DNA of 64,000 bases from a virus: positions 7,407-71,406 of the IMG/VR virus record IMGVR_UViG_3300013772_000005; one strand, 5' to 3'. Below are positions 16,910 through 23,830 of this stretch, in pieces (within the stretch, counting starts at the first letter, position 1; the number at the start of each line of letters is the position of its first letter). A program made the translations under genes and the position numbers. The notes below the pieces were generated by a model. That model did not search any database. It worked only from the letters and a program-made list of their open reading frames with translations, and was not told the DNA's origin.

Positions 16910-17622
16910 CCCAGTACCTCCAATCTTTTGTTTTTACGCTCATCAGCCGCTTGCCGCCGCTTGTGGCTCGTACCGTCGATCTCAACGGCGATCTTGTCTT
17001 TCACGAATGCCACGTCGATCTTGTAGTGATAGGGCCGCTGTCCATCTTTCAAAGCGACAACGTGTTCGGCGATAGCGTCAGGCCAAAGCGCCAAGCATGC
17101 CCGCTGTGTCGGCGTCAACTCACCGCCATTGCCGAATTGACCACGCCCATAAGGATTGTATTCACCGCGTGCCATTTTCTCGCGCAGCTTGGCGGCTTGA
17201 CCAGCGCGCACCTCTGGTGAGCGATTGGTGTTATTTTTTGCGGCACGTTTAGAAAGGTGTTCCCGATAAGATCGGTTCGCACTTCGATGACGCATGGCAT
17301 CTATACGCGGAGTGTAGCCAAGGATGATCTGATCGCCTGGCACAAGCTCACCGGCTTTAATCTTGCCGAGAGCCGTAAAGATCTCGTGATTGGCTGTGAC
17401 CGTGATCTCGCGGATCTTCCCATCTTCATCTTGCACGCGAACCCGCTTCATTGGCGGCGCCGGATAACGAAAGGCGTTGACGACACGCTTTGATTCCCAT
17501 GCGACACCTGTCCACGATTTTACTCTGGTGCGTCGTTCACCGGCCATGAAGCGATCATAGACTTCTTCAATCGAGCGATACGTCCCATAGGCATCTGATA
17601 TCTGTGTATTTTTTTCGCAACA
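16766..17622 (-). mobile_element. Intein (split across two frames) carrying a DUF559/Vsr-like endonuclease
   Basis: N-junction DEFHH|CCEKNT at 17622, block B TANHEIF, nuclease YKIDVAF...AVEIDGTSH...LGWRIVRI, C-junction VSN|S at 16766; lower GC. Confidence 0.9.
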
Positions 17623-18261
17623 ATGATGAAACTCGTCGATCATCAGCATGTGGAAACGCTGAAGCTGCTCGGGCTTGGCGCGCGGGATCTGGTGAATGTT
17701 GACGACGACGACCGGATAGTCGCCCTTGAGATCACCGCCGATCACGCCGTGCTTCGCATCTAGCCAGTAGGCGAAGTCGTCGGTGAGCTGCTCTTTGAGT
17801 CCCTTGTCAGGGACGACGACAAGCGTGGGGACGCGCCGCGCGTGAATGGTCATCGCCTGCATGATCGACTTACCGCCACCGGTGCCGACGACACCGACGC
17901 CGCGCACACGCTCATCGGTGATTGCTTTCCACTCGCTCTGATGCGGCCGTGGTCGAAGGTCGGCTCTGAGCTTGAAGGTGAGCGATGGCTCCGGCTTCAC
18001 GCGCAGGTCTTCGATCTTGTAATCGCTGATGCCCTGCTCTTTCAGGTAGCCGAGGACGGCAGCGGTGAGACCAGCCGGAAAAGAGCCGTCCTTCTTCATC
18101 AGGCGCTTGCGTCCGTCCCAGGCGCCCGGTGGCAGCCGTCGCATGGCGAAATGACTGTTGGGGACGTCAAAGCTCAGGAGATCGCTCACGCCTTTCATGA
18201 CCAACGGCGGGGCAGCGATACGGGTGACGGCGTTTTTGATCTGAAGCGTGACGAGAGACAT
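16816..18261 (-). CDS. SF2 (UvsW-like) helicase N-terminal part + intein N-fragment + endonuclease
   Basis: PRPHQ, GTGGGKS, LVVVP, IDEFHH; start MSLVTL follows the TTTAAATCGGAG leader. Confidence 0.9.
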   Translation of the reverse strand: MSLVTLQIKNAVTRIAAPPLVMKGVSDLLSFDVPNSHFAMRRLPPGAWDGRKRLMKKDGSFPAGLTAAVLGYLKEQGISDYKIEDLRVKPEPSLTFKLRADLRPRPHQSEWKAITDERVRGVGVVGTGGGKSIMQAMTIHARRVPTLVVVPDKGLKEQLTDDFAYWLDAKHGVIGGDLKGDYPVVVVNIHQIPRAKPEQLQRFHMLMIDEFHHCCEKNTQISDAYGTYRSIEEVYDRFMAGERRTRVKSWTGVAWESKRVVNAFRYPAPPMKRVRVQDEDGKIREITVTANHEIFTALGKIKAGELVPGDQIILGYTPRIDAMRHRSANRSYREHLSKRAAKNNTNRSPEVRAGQAAKLREKMARGEYNPYGRGQFGNGGELTPTQRACLALWPDAIAEHVVALKDGQRPYHYKIDVAFVKDKIAVEIDGTSHKRRQAADERKNKRLEVLGWRIVRIPEGSSVAPLFPSKTLSQTASTSTT

Positions 18262-18287
18262 AAGGCTCCGATTTAAAGACACATAGG

Positions 18288-18307
18288 CAGCTTCACCGGT
18301 GAAGCTG
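18288..18307. repeat. Perfect 20-bp palindrome upstream of the replication operon
   Basis: CAGCTTCACCGGTGAAGCTG. Confidence 0.8.
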
Positions 18308-18388
18308 ATCGTCGGGACACCAAGGGTTGCGTTGCTTACGTGTGGCTACCTGAATGAGAAAAGGAATGGCAAGAGGAAACAGCAAGTA

Positions 18389-18456
18389 CCGAGAATGCCA
18401 GAAGCCCACTTGCTTTCGCAGGCGGGCTTCGTTGGCACTTTTAACGGCGTGCTCGG
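18389..18456 (-). other. Long nested stem-loop with GAAA tetraloop
   Basis: CCGAG..TGCCA..GAAGCCCGCCTGC-GAAA-GCAAGTGGGCTTC-TGGCA..CTCGG. Confidence 0.5.
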
Positions 18457-18608
18457 CATCAGGGAAGTGCTAACCGGGCCAAGGAAGGCGCCGCTCCCAC
18501 CCACTGATTATCTGGCATTACCAGCGGGGGACTTATTCTGTGTGGCGTGAGCCACTGAAGCCAGAAAGTCGCCCTTCAGCCTTACTATGCAGCCTTCGGC
18601 CGGTCAAC

Positions 18609-18752
18609 CTAAACGAGGTAGTAGTCCCAGGGATCGGCCTGCTCTTCAAAGTCAGGATCGAGCAGGTCGGCAGCGATATCTAAAGCCGTTGGCATCAGCA
18701 GGCAAATACCGATGCCAGAGACCATGATCAGCCCACCGATGATGCGGTCCAC
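18609..18752 (-). CDS. Small membrane protein (47 aa, not in ORF track)
   Basis: MDRIIGGLIMVSGIGICLLMPTALDIAADLLDPDFEEQADPWDYYLV; GTG overlaps the upstream stop. Confidence 0.5.
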   Translation of the reverse strand: MDRIIGGLIMVSGIGICLLMPTALDIAADLLDPDFEEQADPWDYYLV

Positions 18753-19207
18753 TAGGCGGCCTTTGGCGGGTCAACCGGAGAAGGCTTGACTGGCATCGTG
18801 GCGCCGGTTGTCGGCGTGCCGAAGCCGAATTTGCCGATGAGCCAGCCGATCATTTTGAGCGGGTAGGCCAGCATCTTCAGGCCCGGGTAGCGCTGCTCGA
18901 TGAGACCGCCGCCGTTGCCCAGGATCTCGCTGAGTGTGCGGCAGATGATCAGGAGCAAGCCGAGAAGGCCAGCGACCTTGTTGCCGGTGGCCATTTGGGC
19001 GATGTCTGCTCCGATGGCGGAAACCGGGATCTCAACGCAGTTGACGCCAGGGGTAGCCGGAGATGGGGCGGCCGGCGTCGGAGCGAACAGCGAGGCGATT
19101 AGGCCCATTCCCGGCGTGGTTGTGCCCACGGCCACGGAGGCGCCGGAGGCTTGCCCGAGGGCAAGTGCTGACTGCATGAGCACGAAGATCAGAATAAGGG
19201 TTTTCAC
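18752..19207 (-). CDS. Signal-peptide / membrane protein of the lysis cassette (holin- or spanin-like)
   Basis: MKTLILIFVLMQSALA, TM VAGLLGLLLIIC; immediately after the endolysin; GTG start inferred. Confidence 0.55.
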   Translation of the reverse strand: MKTLILIFVLMQSALALGQASGASVAVGTTTPGMGLIASLFAPTPAAPSPATPGVNCVEIPVSAIGADIAQMATGNKVAGLLGLLLIICRTLSEILGNGGGLIEQRYPGLKMLAYPLKMIGWLIGKFGFGTPTTGATMPVKPSPVDPPKAA

Positions 19208-19215
19208 AAGCGCTC

Positions 19216-19686
19216 CTATGATGGTTTGCCAACGAGCTGGTCGATCTTTGACCACACCTTTGCATTTCCCCCCTTGGCGAAGAGCGCTTCCGCGTCGGGG
19301 AGGGCGAGGCCGAACGTCATTTCAAAATGGTCCATCTCAGAGAAGCTCTTGAAGTGCTTCCCCCAGAAGAAGCCGGCGTCGGTGAAGATCTTGCCCACCG
19401 CCGCGTAGTCACCCTCCCAGGTCCAGCGGTTGTGCTGATCCTTAAAGACGATGTCGCCGGCACAGCCGTAGCGGTGCCAGCTCGTTCCGACGTTGGCGTG
19501 CGTGACGACGGGGCCGGGAGTCGTGCGGCCTTGCGCGTAGAGCCACGCTTGCCGCTGATCAGCACGCAGCCCCTCAAAGAGAAAACAGTTGAGACCGCTC
19601 TTCTCGCAGGTGAGCAGTGCGCCCGCCATCGCGGTGCGCACCTTCGGGTGAAGCGAGAGGATCGACTCGTTGCGCGTTGGCTCCAT
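19216..19686 (-). CDS. Endolysin, peptidase M15 (L-Ala-D-Glu peptidase, CwlK-like)
   Basis: LHPK...EGLR...QAWLYAQGRT...SWHRYGCAGD...WG...DHFE. Confidence 0.9.
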   Translation of the reverse strand: MEPTRNESILSLHPKVRTAMAGALLTCEKSGLNCFLFEGLRADQRQAWLYAQGRTTPGPVVTHANVGTSWHRYGCAGDIVFKDQHNRWTWEGDYAAVGKIFTDAGFFWGKHFKSFSEMDHFEMTFGLALPDAEALFAKGGNAKVWSKIDQLVGKPS

Positions 19687-19688
19687 GC

Positions 19689-20081
19689 TCAGCCCCCGAC
19701 GAGTGACTTGAATTTCTTCATGCAAGCGATGGCGTGGGCAGTGGTCTGGTAGAGGTCGACGGCCAGCGGCAGCATCTCCTGAGCCATCGCCATGGCGTTG
19801 GTCTCGGGGACATCGAATTTTTCCATGAAGAGATTGGCCAGGCTGCTCACGAGCTGCGTGTTCGTCAGCAGATCCTTCAGCTCAGGCATCAGCTTCGTCC
19901 GGTCGATCGTCAGAAAGCCGTGCATGGCCTCGCTCGCCATGTTCAGCGCCTTGAAGTCCAAGAGCGAGAGATGCCCGTCGTTCAACATCTCGCCAGCCGC
20001 GTCGGCCAGCTCGGCGGTAAAGCCGACCAGTTTTTCGAGATCAGCATCGTTGCTTGCGGCCGGCACCGGAAGGTCAGACAT
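19689..20081 (-). CDS. Hypothetical helical protein
   Basis: 130-aa ORF with AAGGAG SD. Confidence 0.65.
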   Translation of the reverse strand: MSDLPVPAASNDADLEKLVGFTAELADAAGEMLNDGHLSLLDFKALNMASEAMHGFLTIDRTKLMPELKDLLTNTQLVSSLANLFMEKFDVPETNAMAMAQEMLPLAVDLYQTTAHAIACMKKFKSLVGG

Positions 20082-20092
20082 GGAAGCTCCTT

Positions 20093-20497
20093 TTAGGTGT
20101 CGCTCGCACGAGCACGAGCGTCGATGACACGGAAGACGGCCGATAGTTGGCCCGAGACAGTGACGATTTTTTCGGTGAACGTGTGGATGGTGGTCTGTTG
20201 ATTGTCGATGCGACCTTCCAGCCGCGTCAAGTTGTCCCGGGAGCCCTCGGCACGTTCTGCCACCTGCTTTAGCTCGACCGCCAGATTGCGATTCTCGCGA
20301 GCGATGTCTTCTTTGAATGAAGTTAGAGCGGTACGAACCGTATCGAGGTTTGTGGAAAGCCGCTGGATCAGGTCGATCGTGTCTTTCTTTTCCTTGGCGT
20401 CCACCCTCAGGTGGTAGGCCGCAAAGACACTGACGATCGTCCAGAAGCCGCTAACCATGGCGGCGATCAAGCCGCCCCATTCTTTGAGCCAAAGCAT
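20093..20497 (-). CDS. N-terminal TM + coiled-coil protein (holin- or i-spanin-like)
   Basis: MLWLKEWGGLIAAMVSGFWTIVSVFAAY then heptad coil; coupled start. Confidence 0.6.
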   Translation of the reverse strand: MLWLKEWGGLIAAMVSGFWTIVSVFAAYHLRVDAKEKKDTIDLIQRLSTNLDTVRTALTSFKEDIARENRNLAVELKQVAERAEGSRDNLTRLEGRIDNQQTTIHTFTEKIVTVSGQLSAVFRVIDARARASDT

Positions 20498-21516
20498 CAG
20501 AGACCCATCATCCAAACGGTGAAGATGAAGTCGATGCCGGCATGCGTCGCGGCCTTGTCCGGGCACGGCAGCCAGTCGGGATTCGGCGTCAGCTCGAAAG
20601 CGGCGCAGTCCTGTCCCGGTGTCGCCTGGCACTTCTTCAGCGCCAGCGAGATCACCGTCTCGTCGCGCTGGTAGAGATAATCGGTGCAGTAGTTGGCCGA
20701 CGTCGGCAGACCGTCGTCAGGAAATTTTGACGTGTCGCCGAGCAGCGCAGCGGCAGCCGACTGATCGCCGTCTTTGAAGCGGTGATAGGCGGCGACATAG
20801 AGCGCGTTGTTCGGCTCCTTCTCGGCGCACGACTCCAGGTAGTCCAGCTCCAGCGCGTCGATGCCGTTCTGCATGATGCCGCGAAGCACGATGTGAAGTA
20901 CCTGAAGATGGCGCTCGTAGCCGGTAGCGGTAGGAATCCAAACTTGCGGGATCAGCCGTTGATCGTTGTTTGGCCCACCGAGCTGTGCCACCAGCTCATA
21001 GACCGTGGCGCGGAAGGGCGGGAGGAATAGCTCATTGGAAAGCTTCTTTGACTCATCGGAGGCCGCGCCCATATACCAGGAGTTGGCTTCACCGTAGGCG
21101 GCGATAGCTTCGGCTTCTTGAAGCGCTGTCGCTGGCTTCTTCACGAAGAGGTACGGCATGAGCCCAAGAAATTGATCCTTGGAATTCTCCGAGCACGAGC
21201 CGCCTGGGCAAGGGTAACAGGAGCCGTCGGGATGACGCAGCCAATGACCGGCTCCCTTCTCAGCGAGCAAAGGATTGCACGCACCGCCACCGGTGGCATC
21301 GAGTGAGCAGAAGAGCAGACCGTCGCACTTGCTTTCGACGGGCCAACCGATCGAGTCCATCGCCTTTGGCTGTTGAGCAATGTAGAGGTCACGCTTAGCC
21401 TTAAGCGCCGACTGCGTTGTGGATGCTGGAGCCACCGGCTCTTTTGGTTGGATGTCCTTCTTGAAGTACGAGCACGCGGACGTGAGCGCGAAGAGCGCGA
21501 CGACAAGACGCTTCAT
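20497..21516 (-). CDS. Cys-rich lipoprotein, unknown function
   Basis: MKRLVVALFALTSAC lipobox; GGAGG SD. Confidence 0.75.
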   Translation of the reverse strand: MKRLVVALFALTSACSYFKKDIQPKEPVAPASTTQSALKAKRDLYIAQQPKAMDSIGWPVESKCDGLLFCSLDATGGGACNPLLAEKGAGHWLRHPDGSCYPCPGGSCSENSKDQFLGLMPYLFVKKPATALQEAEAIAAYGEANSWYMGAASDESKKLSNELFLPPFRATVYELVAQLGGPNNDQRLIPQVWIPTATGYERHLQVLHIVLRGIMQNGIDALELDYLESCAEKEPNNALYVAAYHRFKDGDQSAAAALLGDTSKFPDDGLPTSANYCTDYLYQRDETVISLALKKCQATPGQDCAAFELTPNPDWLPCPDKAATHAGIDFIFTVWMMGL

Positions 21517-21592
21517 AACACCTCCCTGTGAGTTAAATGAGATGCGGGCTGCACCGCGCCAGCCCGCAACATCTCGCCATCCGTGTGCGAGA

Positions 21593-21925
21593 TCAGCGGC
21601 CGGTGCCGCTTCCAGCAACAACGGCATCGTCGTTATGATCCATCTCTTGATTTACCGCTTCTGCGTCCGTCCAGGTGACGGTGGCGATGCCCTGAATGTC
21701 GCTGAGATCACGGTCATGGATCAGGCCATCGGTGCCGATATACCAGAGGTTGTGCGGTCCCGGATTTGTCTTCAGCCACTCCTGCACTTCCGCCGACGGG
21801 TTCGGCTTCACCGTGCTCTGAAGCGGATAGGTGAGCGCACCGCCGCCAGGCGAAGGCGCGCTGTTTTCGATGATGTCCATGAAGATCATCTGACTGGCCG
21901 CGTTCAAAACATAAACTCCGAGCAT
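21593..21925 (-). CDS. Hypothetical protein (possible fibre accessory)
   Basis: 110-aa ORF with AAGGA SD. Confidence 0.55.
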   Translation of the reverse strand: MLGVYVLNAASQMIFMDIIENSAPSPGGGALTYPLQSTVKPNPSAEVQEWLKTNPGPHNLWYIGTDGLIHDRDLSDIQGIATVTWTDAEAVNQEMDHNDDAVVAGSGTGR

Positions 21926-21964
21926 GTCGCATCCTTTCTTTAAGGCCAGCGTCGGCCGTGTGAA

Positions 21965-22096
21965 TTATTCGACCATGTGGTCTTCAGCCGGGCTGATGTG
22001 TCGTGGGGCGTCTTCGGTCTGGGTGTCAGGCGTCGTGCCCGTGGTGACACAGCCTTGGGTGACCGAGATCAGGACGAAGGCGAGGAGCAGGCGCAT
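21965..22096 (-). CDS. Small lipoprotein (43 aa; o-spanin-like candidate)
   Basis: MRLLLAFVLISVTQGC; AGGAGG SD. Confidence 0.65.
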   Translation of the reverse strand: MRLLLAFVLISVTQGCVTTGTTPDTQTEDAPRHISPAEDHMVE

Positions 22097-22112
22097 AGGT
22101 GTAGTCCTCCTT

Positions 22113-23285
22113 TTAGTGCATACGCCGAGCTTGAAGGTAGCCGCTGTAATAAGCCGTAGAGCTGGAGTTGACCTGCTCGACCAACCAGAGTTGCTGCGTG
22201 CTGCCATTGGCGACAAGGACCTGATAGGAGGGAATATTGATGTCGTGGGCGATGTCGGCGACAGCAGTGTACGGGCGGTATATGCCCGTATATTGGCTTC
22301 CAAACGGAGCGCCGGCTGTCAAAGAGTAGGACGGCTCCGTGGCGGACGTGGTGCTCACCGCGCACAGTAAGTAGGTTAGGGTCTGGCCACCGGCCGCTCC
22401 ATCGTAGTGGCAGTTTCCACGAACATCCCAATCACCAGCCGTCAACGTAATGGTGGTGATGTTTGCCACCGTGCCCGTGGCATAGCCAGTCTCGGACTGC
22501 TGTAGGACTGATGCGGTCAAGACTTCGCCAATGCAGCCAGCACAGGCAGAGGCCGAGGTCCCTGATCCGATCAAACCAGACGATGCCCTGGCATAGCCGT
22601 TGACGTCGAGAGTGTAGCTGGGGTTGGCTGACCCGATACCAACGCTACCACCGTTCGGTTGGAGGGTAAGCGGGTAGGTGCTGGCAAGGTTGGTTCGATC
22701 AGTGACCTGAATCCAAGAGCCGAATGGGGCCGTACCATAATCGCCCATATCCATGACATTGCTGTTATTGCCCGAGTCGATCCGAAACATCCCATTTGGT
22801 GTGGTTCCGGAAGTCGCCGGACCAGCCGAAGTGTTCCTCACCGTGAGGGGCATGAGAGGTGCAGTCATGCCAATGCCGACCTTGCCACCACTGAGGATGC
22901 GCATAGCTTCGCTGTTGTTGGTCTGGAAGATGAGCGGGATGGCGGTGTTCGTAGCCATCGTCATACTGCCAGTGGTAGCTGCAAGCTCGGCCTGAAGGAC
23001 ACCTCCGGCCATATAGTCGATGTTGCCGCCGGTCGATCCGTTGATCGCCAGGTTGGCGTAGCCGGCATAGTTGTTCGGGCTCGATGTCCCGAGTCCGACG
23101 TTGACGCCTGCGGCGACCGTCACCGCCGATGTCGAGGCAGTCATAACGGTGGTGGCTGTCCCACCACTGGTTCGCGGAGCTAACACCACCTTGCAGCTCG
23201 CCCCCGTACACGTCAGCGGGTTGTCCACCGCCTGGGCGGCAGAGGCGAAGAGCACCATGGAGAGGGCGAGCAGGATGCGTTTCAT
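22113..23285 (-). CDS. Fibre-like protein with GxVGIG repeats and a Sec signal peptide
   Basis: MKRILLALSMVLFASAAQA; GVNVGLGTSSP, GKVGIGMTAP, GSVGIGSANP. Confidence 0.75.
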   Translation of the reverse strand: MKRILLALSMVLFASAAQAVDNPLTCTGASCKVVLAPRTSGGTATTVMTASTSAVTVAAGVNVGLGTSSPNNYAGYANLAINGSTGGNIDYMAGGVLQAELAATTGSMTMATNTAIPLIFQTNNSEAMRILSGGKVGIGMTAPLMPLTVRNTSAGPATSGTTPNGMFRIDSGNNSNVMDMGDYGTAPFGSWIQVTDRTNLASTYPLTLQPNGGSVGIGSANPSYTLDVNGYARASSGLIGSGTSASACAGCIGEVLTASVLQQSETGYATGTVANITTITLTAGDWDVRGNCHYDGAAGGQTLTYLLCAVSTTSATEPSYSLTAGAPFGSQYTGIYRPYTAVADIAHDINIPSYQVLVANGSTQQLWLVEQVNSSSTAYYSGYLQARRMH

Positions 23286-23293
23286 GGTGGACC

Positions 23294-23821
23294 TCAATTA
23301 ATCGGGAAGCTGATGTTTAGTCGAAGAAAAGTGTTACTCGTTGACGCAGCGAAATTTGATGAACTATTTATCTCCTGAACAGTGACATAAGCCTGGTTTG
23401 CGACAACGAACCACTGAGCAGTTACTGCTGATGTGTTGGAGTTGTCATATAAAAGAGTCACGTTCGCAGTTTTTATCTGCGCTGTTTTGCCGCCGGGTAT
23501 GGCGACTCTCAGTTGGTTCACCCCGGTAGAAACGCTGGTCAGGTCCAACGCCACGTCAAGAAACATGGTCTTACCAATAATCATGTATTGGTAGGTTGTT
23601 TGGTTCGCCGAAGAAACTGTCCAAGTGCCTGCGTCTGTCGTGAAATTTCCAGACGAGTAAGGGACGGTTGTCCATTCGGTAAATGCGGGTATCGGCTTCG
23701 TTCCATTAGCGTGCGTCACCGCCTGGAACTGCTTGAGCAGCGGGTTCCAGGTGAAGCTGTCCACGGCGTCGGCGAGCGCCAGCGTCGGGAGGAGGAGTAG
23801 GAGGCAGAGTAGGCGTTTCAT
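23294..23821 (-). CDS. Fibre-tip-like beta domain with a Sec signal peptide
   Basis: MKRLLCLLLLLPTLALA; YQYMIIGKTMFL...VAIPGG; AT-richer 3' part. Confidence 0.65.
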   Translation of the reverse strand: MKRLLCLLLLLPTLALADAVDSFTWNPLLKQFQAVTHANGTKPIPAFTEWTTVPYSSGNFTTDAGTWTVSSANQTTYQYMIIGKTMFLDVALDLTSVSTGVNQLRVAIPGGKTAQIKTANVTLLYDNSNTSAVTAQWFVVANQAYVTVQEINSSSNFAASTSNTFLRLNISFPIN

Positions 23822-23830
23822 GGGCACCCC

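Noticed and set aside
16905-16940. -1 ribosomal frameshift (T AAA AAC) as the way to join the intein halves
   Set aside because: Imperfect slippery site that shifts the P-site onto TAA and would truncate the nuclease; the SD+ATG explains the layout better. Not formally excluded.
18299-18550. 83-aa plus-strand ORF in the intergenic gap
   Set aside because: Opposite to all other genes, no motif or clear SD, and it overlaps strong secondary structure.
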